Below are positions 1 through 12,815 of a stretch of 64,000 bases of DNA, one piece after another. Source of the stretch: Euprymna scolopes. Lineage: Eukaryota. The position numbers and the translations under genes are program-made. The notes beneath the pieces were generated by a model, which was not told the DNA's origin, did no database searches, and saw nothing but the letters and a program-made list of their open reading frames with translations. The first letter of the stretch is position 1, and each line of letters starts with the position of its first letter. Location: NCBI GenBank assembly GCA_053919585.1, contig CM132785.1; one strand, 5' to 3'.

Positions 1-1074
1 ATGGTTTTGATATAGTAGAATATCCTGACACCTCTTGAGAATGGATTACCCAGACTATAAAGGACGCTAGCAAGCGGTAACCTATGGGAGAACGCTAATC
101 TTGATACTCTGGCATTCAAGATAAATTCGGGTGTCAATCTCCTTTTTGTTACATGTTCCTTTGTATAATAAACTTATTACTTACTCTGTGCGATGAGTCA
201 TTTTATTTGATTTATACGGATTAAATTTCGCAAGGGATACAACAGATTTCAATCTACGAAATCTGTCAACATTGCCATCCGTTGGTGTGCATATCAATGT
301 TTTATGGAAATCGCTCCAGACAAAGTATGGAATCATTTGATGTCAAGAGTTAAAAAACATTTCAAGGCTAATAAAAAAACTAATCATCTATAACTGTGAT
401 ATGGATAGATTTCGACCCAGAAAATAGCAATTCTTGCTCCTTTGTCAGAAAAATCTTTCACGAAATGTAAAAATTAAAGCATGAAATAAGGAAGGCGAGC
501 ATTAGATTAAATTCAGCCAATTTATCACATTTGAAGTCAGTTTTGTTTATAAAAACATCTCCGACACCAGATTCATTCCAAATGATCGTTTGTTTATTTT
601 TTATTGCGAAGAAAAAAAAACAAACCAAAAAAACATACTTCTAAAAATACTATAAGGTGTTAAATCGGGAGAGCAGTCTTTTTCCACGTGTTTTTTTATA
701 TTAAAAATGAACACAATCCAATACCTACTATCAGTCTGAACAGGATTTAGATAGTAAGTTAATAATTTTAATATTGGAAATACATTTCCGACAATGTATA
801 ATATGTCATATATTAAGATGCTTTTTTTCTAGATTTTTAACAGATAATATCACTAAACCATCAACATCGGGGGAAAAAGTGGCGATCACGGAAATGCTGT
901 AAGATTTCAACAATGAAAAAAATACTTGTATTATCCCGAAAAAGGCTTATAGAGGCTTATTGATAAACTAAAATTGATTTATTTAAAAAAATATGCTGCA
1001 TAGTGTTTTTTTTTTAAACTGATTTTCAAAGTTGAAGAATATTTCATCCTAAACGTTTAAATTATGTACAAGTT

Positions 1075-1127
<53 letters not shown>

Positions 1128-1650
1128 CACTTTAAAATAGGCTTTGTGGTTTTGTTGGCTGGTAAAGAATGAATATTTATAATTGGCTAATTTTTACCTT
1201 CTCAGGCGTTTCAGCACTTAAATCGAGTGTAAAACTGAATCTCACATTTTCTTGGGGGTTCCCTGTGGATCGAGAGTCTAGACATGGAAAGTGAAGCATA
1301 ATATTGAAATTAGAAGGCACACAAGAGTAACAATTAATAGGGTGAAAGCGAACAGTTACAAGTAGAAGTTTAAGTAAATTTGGATTAACTACTTTACTAG
1401 AGAATAAAATTAAAATTTTAAAATAATTTTTCATAGTAGAAATTACAAATTTGGAAGATTATTCAGAAATTAAAAAAAAAAAAACTAGATAAGTGGTGGA
1501 GTTTCTGGTTCAGTGTTGGTTTTTCTCTTAAAAAGATGTGTATAAGGAATTATATACCCGACTCGTTATGATCGTCAGTAACCCAGGCTCGTCATTGTCT
1601 GTGGATACATAATTCGGGCACAGGTTTGTTTGTTCTTTCCTGAAAAGGAA

Positions 1651-1699
<49 letters not shown>
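1651..1699. repeat. (GA)n microsatellite
   Basis: Direct reading of a gagaga... tract; it explains the SLSLSL ORF 1528..1719. Confidence 0.95.
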
Positions 1700-1703
<4 letters not shown>

Positions 1704-4039
1704 CGCACGCGCGAGACAAATAGGTGTATACTACAAGTGTAAAACTCCTTATAACAACTAGTTACATTTCAAGTCCTCCTTACTTTAAGATTTCCAAAGA
1801 GAAGCAGAATTATCTTTGCTCAGATATAACGTAATTTCATCAACTTCTGTTTCTAAGGTCATGTCTGACTTATTAAAGGTCACTTAACGCAAATAGTTAC
1901 GTGAATAAAAAAGTTATGTAACTCAGAGTAACTGATTAAAACAAGTTTCCAGATCAAGAACAATTAATAACAGTTTTTTTAGATGGAATTAAATCGATTC
2001 AGAATGATGAGCAAACCACTAAGGAATTTATGGAGCATTTTTAGAAATTATCGCATAAAATATTAAGCTTAATTGGATTAGTATATTGCATTAATATTGG
2101 CATGTATTTATTGTTATTATTGGCATGTGTGTATTTTTGTTAGAGATTAAATTAAAAAAAATAAACGTATATGCCAAAACGAGTAAAATAAACATGGTAA
2201 TATATAATAGACTATACGTTGTTTATCTTGTGTGAAATCCAGTTCTGTTACAAAAACCAATTTAGAGTTTTTTTTGAAGATCGTAGAGACCGTAAAGTTG
2301 TAACTCTTAGTTTGTTTAGCTAAAGAAAGACTGTCAGGATTAATGCCTATCTTCAGTGCTACGTAAACAAAGGGTAAACCTAAACCTGTAATTGAACCTG
2401 CGTTACAGATTCTAATTCCCCTGGTGTTAACAGGGTGGCTAATTCTAGTCCCAGAATAACCAAAGAATTATCCTCACCTCCTCATGCCACTGAAACCAAG
2501 TTTCCATCGACGGATGAAAAATGTCTGGTTTTGACTAATTAAAGCGAAATTCTCAAGTTTGTATCGGATGACCGCTTGTCAGCAACAAGTGACAGGCGCG
2601 CGAGAGATACCAAGGGAGAGAATGCGGAGGATTTAAACTTGTCAGGCGTTGGTTATCAGGTAGTCAGATCAAACAACCATTTTGTTTGAACAGGACAGTG
2701 ATAAGAGGGAAAGGCCGTTAAGATATCTGAAACATCTGTCATACAAGAATTTTCTTGAGAGTTAATTAAAAGCTGATTAATTGGAGACATTTCCAAGTTG
2801 GAATGCAAGAATTGGCTTCGACAAAACCATTACTTAAACTTTTTTAATGCCAAATTCAACTTTAATATAATAATTTCGAAAACAGTTTCGAAAATTAACA
2901 TCTTGCATTTTTTTTTTAATATTATTAACTGCCCGCTATTTTTTTTACTGGGGGGGTGTCATCAAATATCAAGGCTAGAAAAATACTCAAGAATGAGGTT
3001 TAATGAATGTCATGTGGCCGGTGAGACAACACTAATGATTGGTAATACTGGAAATTTGGTAGAATTAGAGTATTTAAAAGGAATTGTTTACATTTAACTT
3101 GAAAATGATCATTTAGACTTAGCTTGAAAGCAGCCCTGAGGTATTGTATTCTACAAATAGTTCGAGAAAAAAAATAACTTTGATCATGGGAGATTTTGGA
3201 TATCGTTTTAAATTGACTCTTGAAAATCCAGGTTTTCATCATTTGCAATATACGTTGACAATAAAGTTTAAATTATGTACACAAACACAACGAAGGGAAT
3301 TTTCATTGTATTCAATAAACTTCCACCAACTTTGGCATGAAATTCTATGAACCAACATTCGAAGCTATAAAATATGTCAAGGGTGGTTTCTTATGAAAGA
3401 GCAACTTATCAATTTTTTTCATAATATAAAACGTGACCAAATATTCTAAGAAGCGACTATTCAAGTCAATCGTTTATAAACAATGATTGCGGCATTAGAA
3501 ATAAACTAACGAAACTTATTTTAACTCGAATATGGCATTAAAATCCATGCAATATTTAATCGTAACAGATGACAAGAATGTTATAGAAATTCTTAAACGT
3601 ATCTAAAACATACAATTACCAAGGTCATGCCTATAACAAGCTAAACTATCTAACATGTATTCCCATTACTGAGGCAATTTCGATGCAATCCTTTACCTAT
3701 ATAAGAGCCTATACGTCTTAAAATAGAGTACTGTTGTCAATTTTTTTTTTGGGGGGGATTGCTGAGAACAATCTATACTCCTGATCAAAGTACAAAACTT
3801 ACGTCGAAATCTAGTGGGTAATGCCCTTTTCTCATTCTTGGTGTTTCACACAGAAGAAACATTGCTCCATCGATATTTTCATGGCAGATGCTCGACTGGA
3901 TACCTAGCAACAATTTCTATCTATCCATCTATACCTAAAACTAAACGAAAAATCCAGGAAGATTTTTTTATCCAGAACTGCTCATCTTTGGAACAATACC
4001 GACATATGATGATCACAGTATTAATCAGGGACTCTAAAT

Positions 4040-4129
<90 letters not shown>

Positions 4130-4131
<2 letters not shown>

Positions 4132-4520
4132 GGACTCCCCCGTCGATTTCGACATATGAGGTTCCACCACAACAACCAAGTTGTTCGGAAATCTACATGC
4201 ATGAATTGTTTATAGTGGTGAAGGCTTTGTATAGAACCAACCACACTTTTTGCTATTACTGCTAATCCTTGTCGGTGCAGATGACTGCCACAAGACAAAA
4301 CACTCAGTACAACGCAGGTTTTTACAGAGTTACCTTCTCCTAGACGTATGTCCTTATTAAGACTGGGGGTGCAGTGAATTAATGCGCCTCCAGATACCAA
4401 ACTGGAAATTTCTACGACTCAGCGCGGTACATACAGCGCCTAGCCTTCCCAAATGGTCACCTATTTGGTACTGGCCAGGCTCAACGTTGCTTAACTTCGG
4501 TGATCTGGCGTGATTGTGTC
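4130..4520 (-). mobile_element. 5S rRNA-headed SINE-like element (SINE3-type) with putative RTE-derived body
   Basis: The minus strand starts with a 5S-like head and continues into ~300 bp of non-5S body containing GTCTAGGAGAAGGTAACTCTG, which resembles my recollection of RTE 5'UTR motifs. It ends at a (TA)n tract. Boundaries are approximate. Confidence 0.55.
4432..4515 (-). pseudogene. 5S rRNA-derived fragment (internal control region and 3' half)
   Basis: Reverse complement reads AGATCACCGAAGTTAAGCAACGTTGAGCCTGGCCAGTACCAAATAGGTGACCATTTGGGAAGGCTAGGCGCTGTA. This is colinear with invertebrate 5S rRNA (GATCACCGAAGTTAAGCAACGTCGGGCC..AGTACTTGGATGGGTGACCGCCTGGGAA..GTGCTGT). The 5' end is missing and there is no poly-T terminator. 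Confidence 0.85.
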
Positions 4521-5440
4521 ATATCTATCCATCTATCTATATAAACTTCAGGGTAGAGTGAAAAGAGAAAACACCCGGAACGGTCCGGGGGTGTGTAAAA
4601 CCCGTCCAGTGAGGTGTATACTTGCTACTTTAAACTGTTTCTAAAAGTTTTTTCTCAAGTTTATCTTGAACTCTTCCAAATCTATGGAATTATGCAAGAT
4701 GAATAATTTCACCATGAATAATGTATATCGAAACCCGTTGTTAGATTATTAAAGCAACCCTACACCTGAGTTCTTGTACGTTTTGTTTTCTCATTGTTTT
4801 TAGTTTTAAAGTATATAGCAGACATCCAAGGTGAAATAGAAGCGTTTAATTTGGTTTTCTCCACATGCCATAAGTAGTACTTTGCGTCTAGGGGATACTT
4901 GCAATGCCAGCCACTGTCAAACAGGGAATTGATATTACAAGGGTCAGACTTATAACATCAATCATATTAAAAGTAAAAAAAAATAGCAGCAGGGCAGGTA
5001 AAATGTTATCCATTTTCCTGGTTGCGAGCCCACCTCGTTCTTTATCTACATTTTGATGACAGCTGTCCATAAAACATTTTTTGGGGAAAAAAAAGTTCAA
5101 TCCGGATTTGATGAATAAGTTATAATTTTCCTTTTGATGCGTCCAAATATTTTCATGAGATGCTTTGTCCGCCAGGCTTAAATTTTAAATATTTACATTG
5201 TCTATCAGGGCGTATGGTCGAAATAGCATTTTCCTCGTGAAATGCAAAATCTTCCATGTATGTTTCGGAAGAATACAATTTTTTTTGTTTCTCTAAGGTG
5301 TAAAACCAATGTTAAGGAACTCGTAGAAATTTCACTGAAATTCTGTAAAATTAGTTTCTTTTTGTATCCACTCTTTGAGTTATTTATTGCCGAATTTGGA
5401 TAAATGCTTTTATAATTCAATTTTTATATATATTAATTTA

Positions 5441-5855
5441 CTAGCCTGAGTGATAGGCGTTGCCCGGCGTTTTTGGAGGTGTGTGTTGAGCAAAAAAAAA
5501 AAAAAGAAAGTGAAAGTAGGCCGTCAGGCTCGAACCCGTACCGCGAAAGAGTTGAACATGAAAAAAAAAAAGCGTGACGTCTTTGCCAAACCGGAAGTGG
5601 CGAAGGTTTAAATTAAGGCTATTCAATCGAAAAGAGGGAATGATTTTCGAAAATATCGACGAAAAAAAGCGACCCCTCCCCCTAGAAAAGGGCCCAAGTG
5701 AGGGCAAAAGAATTAATATTTTCAGCTAATTTTTCGATATTTATCGTCCGAAGGGTCGAGCTTCAGAAGAATACCAATCTCGTGAAAATACGTCGCCTCT
5801 GTCGAAAGTTTTAGGCAGACATTTTAACAGACAGGTGAGGTTTATATTATAAATA
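5441..5855 (-). mobile_element. Non-autonomous Helitron-like element
   Basis: On the minus strand the 3' end is CCGGGCAACGCC...CTAG|T (CTAG at 5441-5444). The far end has CAGAC/ACAGACAG motifs and an AT-rich terminus typical of short Helitrons. An internal tRNA B-box-like GGTTCGAGCC is present. Confidence 0.5.
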
Positions 5856-6127
5856 GTGGTTGATTTAGTGGTCTTGTTTTACATATCCTTTTCAGATTAA
5901 ATGTAATATCGAATCAGGTAATTTTATTAAAAATAGCTTTATTATTTAAGGTCTTTATATCTTTAAATATTTATTCAAAGTGTTTAATTTGTTTTGTAAA
6001 GGAAAACTTAACTTTGCATAACATGATTGACGTTTGCAAAGGAAAAGGAAAACAAAGAAACAATAACATAGATGCATTATAGACCAGGAAGCTGTATCTT
6101 CAGGCAGCGTGACCTGGTAGGAGCAGA

Positions 6128-6158
<31 letters not shown>

Positions 6159-6294
6159 TGAACGGAAATTTAATTTCTTACATTTATTCACCTGTGCATA
6201 TAGCTTATTCGTTTACTTCATTTGTCCCTGCCTGGGGCACATAGGTTTAATTAATTCCCATTCATACATTTAACGACTTATTTTTAAATATATA

Positions 6295-6445
6295 CTAGCA
6301 GGCCACCCGTCGTTGCTCGGTCGTAAGATATGCTTAAATATATTTTAATTCATGCAGATTACTTATTATATAGACAATTCTCTATCGATTATTTTATTGA
6401 ACTCAATATATCGATTATTATATTATACTTAATATATAGTAGGGA
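6295..6445 (-). mobile_element. Helitron family A, 3' fragment
   Basis: Reverse complement AATCTGCATGAATTAAAATATATTTAAGCATATCTTACGACCGAGCAACGACGGGTGGCCTGCTAG|T matches the 3' ends at 9052, 17490, 20982 and 29070. Confidence 0.7.
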
Positions 6446-6451
6446 GATCCA

Positions 6452-6519
<68 letters not shown>

Positions 6520-8469
6520 CTTGGATGCCATCTGCTAGAATTGAAACTGAAACATCCAACACACTACCCTCATTCCTTAGTCTCTGAGCCACGGGTATAC
6601 GCATATGCATACATCATATAATTCACCTGTCACCCCCTTTTAAAAAGATGGAATCGCCTGATCGTCGAAGATGCCAGCAAGAAAGCAAGGTTTAGAGTTT
6701 TATAATTGTATATTAAACGTAATATGCTGGCTGGAGATGCATTTGGGGGTACAAATTGAACAACATCACTAAATATCGATTACGAATAGAAACCATAAAA
6801 TGACTAACGACACGGACAAAACACATGGGTGCACCAAATTCGAATCCAGTTCGTTCCTTAGAAACACCTTCACTAAACCGTGTTGACCTTGTCTCTAACC
6901 TCTTGAGAGATACATGAGAAACCTTAATGAAATTTCAAGATAAGCGTGACAGACAAACAGACATTTCTTAAACCATTCTAGCCGAGCTACCGTGTTAAGA
7001 AATTGCAGCCGAAATCGATATTTCGTTTAAGACATTTCTTATGCCAACTAACTTTCGAATATGCTTGGCCTCTATGGAGTGTTCCTTGGTAGATTAGTGG
7101 CGCCAACAAAGTTCAGAATATTAAAAAATCAGGAACCGAAATGTGCCATTTCTATGGAATATACAAATTAGTTTGAAGGCGAGATTAAGTCATGAAAAAA
7201 AAAAAAAAGGCGAATATTCCTATGAATTCATGATGTGAATTTCCTATGAATAAAATAGTTCGTTTCAAAGAAAATACGAGAAAACTCATCAAGCTCATGT
7301 ATTAAAACAAAGTAAAATCAAGAAATAAGAGATTCTTTTACTGATTGCTTCCTTATTTAAAAATGCCATTGCGATTCGAATGCAGTTATAAATTAGCAAT
7401 GATTTGCTATGAAGATCAATCTGAAACCGTTTAGCGTTGATTATCAAAGATTATTGCGGTTGAATTATTTTTTTATTATTTTTCATGAAGAACAAACGTA
7501 GGGTTGATTAGAGTTAACACCTCAAGTTTCACAGATAAAAAAAAAATTACAAATTATCAAAACCATTTCCTCAAAAATGATTAAATGCCAATAAATTTTT
7601 CCAAATGACGTTTTAATGGAAAGAGAAATTTCATTTTAATCGATGCAGTGCGACTCATTTATATTGATCACATTAAGCTAGGGTAATGACGGTGTTAAAG
7701 TAAATGCCGACAGGTATTTACTTTAATGCGTGCAGGGTTCGTGTCTCGTTATATCCATAGCAACAATTTCGCCGGAGATGAAACGGCAAGCTTCACGTTG
7801 TCCGTTCCAGGATTATCCGATCACAGAAAGAATAAGAAACATACAAGTGCAGCAATATTGCACCAAACTGATAAAACAGCATAACGGATTCATATTTTAG
7901 TTTATTCCTTTTTTATTTTAGGGAAATTATACATTACAGCAAGTATTTTAAACAAACAATCCTTGAATAAATGCGTTACTCGTGCATAACGTGCGAATCG
8001 TGTTTATTTTTTTTGGGGGGGGAGAAGAATAGGGTTTCATGGTTACTATCAGAGAGTAATATTGTAAGACACTATTATATATAAATTTAAAATTAAATCA
8101 AAATAAACTCAAAAGACTAATATTTCTTTTTCTAAATGTGCATTTTTTTTTCAGAATTATTTTCAACTAGTTTTTCTATTCTAATAATGATGGAACTACA
8201 CTTGGCTCCTTTAAAAACTAAAACAAGTCGGGTTTCAAGTATTTTAAATAATAAAACAAAACACAAAGAATTTACACGGCTGAGATTTATTGCAGTGTTG
8301 AGCAAGTAAAGTGCAACTATTAACTCAGCATGTGCATCTTAACTGCCATCTTTACTTTTTGTTTCAATGCTTTAAATCTCAGATTGAAATGCAAGTACGT
8401 GCATCTGACTATGCGAATTTTGGAGCAATGCATATAAGTAACCTTTCCCGTTTGTATGATAAACGGTCT

Positions 8470-8516
8470 CTACTAAACAAATCTGTCAATTTTCGGTCTA
8501 CAGATATGAAACTTGA

Positions 8517-8570
<54 letters not shown>

Positions 8571-9052
8571 TTGGGCGAATAGAATAGATTTAATTTCATT
8601 TTTAACCAGTAATAGCTACTATAAGGTCTTCCTCGCAGGCTCAAATATACTTTAAAATATACAGTTAAAAGTGGCTCCATTTTTAACGTTTTCCTATCGA
8701 TCTGTCGGTAGCAGAAACGATCATGACTAAGGCTGGAGCGCTAAATGTTTTGTGTTCGATTCTAGCTAATGGCACCCAAGCAACTTTTTTTAAAACTGTA
8801 AAGTATTATTATATATTGGGCACAATATAGTAATCAATTGAGAATTCGCTTGATAATAAATACGAAATCTGCATGAATTAAAATATCATATTTAAGCGTA
8901 TTTTTCGATCAGGCCACAACAGGCGGCCACTACTAAATATGGTACAATAAAATAATCAATAGAAAATTGGCTCTATGATAATCAATGTGAAATTTAAATA
9001 AATTAAAATATTAAAGCGTATTTACAACAGGGAACGCCGGTCGGCCTACTAG
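8470..9052 (+). mobile_element. Helitron family A copy with tandemly duplicated 3' end
   Basis: Shares GGTCTACAGA.ATGAAACTTG, GCGCTAAATGTTT..GTTCGATTCTAGCT and TATATTGGG blocks with 16954-17490. Two consecutive terminal modules end in CTAA (8936) and CTAG|T (9052). Confidence 0.7.
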
Positions 9053-9224
9053 TATATATAAGGTCAGGGATATGTGGATGAGTACGCACTAGTTACGTGT
9101 ACACACGTCTTTATCCACTGGCCCTTCCCTATTTTTCTGATGCAGCCCACTACACATATTTCATTACACTGTAATGGTTGCAAAAAGCAGTCGAAAATAT
9201 AACTATTTCACATGAACTTTTTAG

Positions 9225-9256
<32 letters not shown>

Positions 9257-9747
9257 AATATATATATTCCGAAAGAAATGCATGAAAAAAAAATAACACA
9301 TACACACATATATGAATTATCTATAGTGGAGCAGGATAAGAACGTGTTGAAAAAATAACTTGAATAAATGTTATGTAATAGATATTCCATTGTCGGTTTC
9401 AACACGTAGTGCCTCTTTGCCAAGTTGAATAATGTCTGCCTTTCTTTAAATGAAAAATGTATTTTAGTTTTTGTCGTCGACACCTTCAACTTGCCAGCAT
9501 CAACATGAATGAATTATCTATCCATAAATCGAGCGTAGATTAAGAAATGAGAATTTTAAACCGATTCTGATAACTCACAGCAGAAAAACAAAACAAAAAA
9601 AAAACTACATTAATCGTAAAATATTGTAATAAATCCTATGCGATAGGTTTCATTAAGAGTTTCAACATGATAGCAGCCCAACTAGTAACCCAGTGCCGTT
9701 TTATGCGAAAACTATATTTTGCTATCATCGTTCAGAATTATATATAG

Positions 9748-9815
9748 CAGGGTTTCCCAAGGTGGGGTCCACGGAGCTCTAGGGCTCCGTGAGTGAGACT
9801 AGCGAGCTCAGGAAG
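9748..9815 (+). mobile_element. hAT (Charlie-like) MITE left end
   Basis: CAGGGTTTCCCAAGGTGGGGTCCACGGAGC-TCTAGG-GCTCCGT: a typical hAT CAGGG..TCCCAA terminus plus a subterminal hairpin. The right end is not securely found (possibly GTTTGGGAAA at about 10622-10631). Confidence 0.5.
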
Positions 9816-11219
9816 TCCTTCCTTAACGAGGACCAACTTCTTTATATGGAAAAATTAAATGGCTGCAGACATTTAATTATTGATTAGAGACATGATACAT
9901 AAGTACAGGAAAAAAGAGTTTAGAAATTGAAAAAGTAAATAAAAATAAATTAAGAGAAAGTGAAACAAATTTTTGATTAATAAAAAAGAAAGAAAAAATG
10001 GTTATAAAGACGAAAATATAGTAAGATTCTGAACAGGAACAACTAATGTACAATTTGAAATTAATGTTTTTCATAAATTTTTGAAATTATCTTGTTAATG
10101 CTACGTAAAAAACATTTGCCCTGCCCAGGGTCTCCATGATGTCCTGACGTTTGTGAAACTCACATAGTATGCTAGTAATAATTCTTAATCCAGAGCAAAT
10201 AAACACATAAAATAAAAACATTTTGGAGTTTGGGATTTCTATACAATCAAATAATTATAAATTGAACAAATTGAAAAAAATAACGTATATATCTATCGAG
10301 ATAAATCAGGAGTTATTTACTGGTTTTATACAGATTTATATATTTATTTGGTGATTAAACTGCAGCTTTAGGCGATTTCACATTTGTTACAAGCAATCTC
10401 ACTCCAAAATATCTATTCCACGAGTTATTTATCCTAAAAAATCTATTCCATTTTCGCGCGCCAATATTTTATACGAAATGTACCAAATTTATATTGATAT
10501 GAATCCATCCTAAAATATTAAAATCTTGCGTTCAATTATTTAGAAACTATCTTAAATCATCTACGTAAAATAGCTTATATTTGCTATTTAGAGAAATCGA
10601 GGCGTTGGGATTTAAGCGCCGGTTTGGGAAATGATTCAAGAAGGAAACACTGAACGACGCGTAGTAAATTATGGTTAAACTTGGAAATAAGCAGATGGAA
10701 CATAGTTTAAAATACAAAAGATTTATCGCTGTTTTAAAATGGCGTTAAATCGTTTTCGTTTGGAAGGTGACAATGAATTGGGAGATATATTTATGTATTT
10801 TAACGCTTTTTTTTTAGAGAAAATGTAAAGGCAAATAAAAATCCTTCCTCAATTAGAGAAAATAAGGCCACCCCTAAAATAGAGAAGGATATAAACTTCA
10901 CTTTACTCCCTCTAAACAGGGTGTGGCAGGGTGGTTGTTATCGCCTTTTCTGTAAGAGAAGCAAACAACACGCCCAAACGCAAAAAAAGTTGAACATTTC
11001 TCTTCTAAGACGGAACCCCCCCCCAAAAGAAAACTACGGATGAAGACATATCTTCCTTACATAAAAAAATGGTTTGGAATAAACTTTCCCCACCAAGGCG
11101 ACGAAAAGAGTACCCCTTAAAAATAACAATAAAGGATGCTGAAAGCATAAATTGTACCTCGAAAGATAAAGCAATATAAAGATCATAAAATAATGCCTTC
11201 CACGTTTTTTTTTTCAAAC

Positions 11220-11623
11220 TTTTATTCACTCTGTACAAGTCATATTGGGAGTTAGACTATTTGAGATCATGTGTAGAGGATCTGGGGAGTTGAGCAGCAA
11301 GATGTTTGTTCACATTTCATTTAAACTTCTGCATGTTAGTATCGCCAGGATAGCAGGAGGTTGGGGGAGAATTCTTAAGTCCAACAATTCGCAAGAAGAA
11401 TCTATTAGAGTAGAAGGCTTTTCGGCATCTAATAAATGGTGGGATTTTGCTGCTGGCCGGGGTAGTCGGCATTTTTTTATGTCAAGGGATCACAAATGGT
11501 AAGGGTTGGTCAGAGTATGTTCATTAAGATGCTTATAAAACAGGCACATGGATGGAACATTGCGGCGAATAGGACAGGGATTGAAGCTGTGGGACTTATT
11601 AGGCTGGATACGCGTTTTTGAAC
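11220..11623 (-). mobile_element. LINE (CR1/L2/Jockey-group) ORF2 3' fragment, copy A
   Basis: Homologous to copies C, D, H and I; encodes degenerate ...RRNVPSMCLFYKH...KAFYSN...MQKFK.NVNKHLAAQLP. Confidence 0.8.
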
Positions 11624-12309
11624 TGAGATTACCTTCATAATAACCCAATGGCATTCTCCGATAGTGGCGTGTCAGATGAGCAACAATAGTACATGTTCCG
11701 TCTTAAAAAAGAGCTGATACTTTTGAAGACGCCCCCCCCCCATTAGAGAGGACAGATTTTTTAAATTTTAGACAGAGGACAGGAGAGAAACCTGAATTTT
11801 GAAGTTTTCATCTAAATTGAGAAACTCCTGATTAAAAGATCTAAAAGAAAGAAAACAATCAGACTCTCTCTGTCTTCATAATTCCGTGGAGCTTTTTGCC
11901 ATCTTTAGAATCAGCGTTCATTCCGAAAATCGAGCATTTCCAGATACCACTCCCCGTGTTAAATGTAATCTGAAAAATGCGAGTTTAAAGCAGCATCAGC
12001 TGTCAGATGAAGAAACATACAGAAAGCAGGAGGTGGTCGCATGCAGATTACCCGAAGTAACATCTGCTGATATGCTAAAAAGAAAAAAAAAACATTGGTG
12101 TGAACTAAACCGTTTTTTTTCTGTTCTAAAATTCCATCTGTTCTTTCTGTTAGGGTTCTTCGTACATCTTCATTAATTAAACGAAGGACGCCGTAATGAA
12201 GTGAAATTTGTTTTGCAGATAAAACAGAAAATATCCAAAGAAACTTTAAATTATTAAAAAAAAAAGTATATTTAAATGCCTGCGTATTGATGCAGTCGAA
12301 GAAACAGGT

Positions 12310-12537
12310 CACACGGAAAGAACTCCCCCAAAAAAAGAAGTTCGGAGAAAGAAGATCTTAGAGTAGAAAACTTTCTAATCTGCAGAGTGAATGGGTGGGA
12401 TTTTGCTGATGGGACACAAGTGCAACAAGTTCGTCTAAGCACATTCCATGGAAGCATCTGTCAGACAAGTGCAGGGACGCAAAATAATGACGATAAGACA
12501 GAGGCTGAAGCTTGTTAGTGAGGAAATTATTACATTA
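12310..12537 (-). mobile_element. LINE ORF2 fragment, copy B
   Basis: The minus strand translates LTNKLQPLSYRH.FASLHL...CFHGMCLDELVALV..SHPFTLQI, matching the family motif LQPLSHRRNVASLCLFY.YF.G.CSDEL. Confidence 0.75.
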
Positions 12538-12815
12538 GATAAGACAGAGGCTGAAGCTTGTTAGTGAGGAAATTATTACATTAGATAAGACAGAGGCTGA
12601 AGCTTGTTAGTGAGGAAATTATTACATTAGATAAGACAGAGGCTGAAGCTTGTTAGTGAGGAAATTATTACATTAGATAAGACAGAGGCTGAAGCTTGTT
12701 AGTGAGGAAATTATTACATTAGATAAGACAGAGGCTGAAGCTTGTTAGTGAGGAAATTATTACATTAGATAAGACAGAGGCTGAAGCTTGTTAGTGAGGA
12801 AATTATTACATTAGA
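12492..12815. repeat. 46-bp minisatellite, 7 identical copies
   Basis: Unit GATAAGACAGAGGCTGAAGCTTGTTAGTGAGGAAATTATTACATTA, repeated 7 times with no spacers. Confidence 0.97.

Noticed and set aside
3814-4400. ORFs containing YIYIYI runs (here and at many other loci), and CVCV/SLSL ORFs
   Set aside because: Translations of (TA)n, (CA)n and (GA)n microsatellites.
4432-4515. Functional 5S rRNA gene
   Set aside because: The 5' ~35 nt are missing, the C-box is mutated and there is no terminator.
12492-12815. CRISPR-like array (46-bp period)
   Set aside because: Identical units without spacers; LINE-derived.
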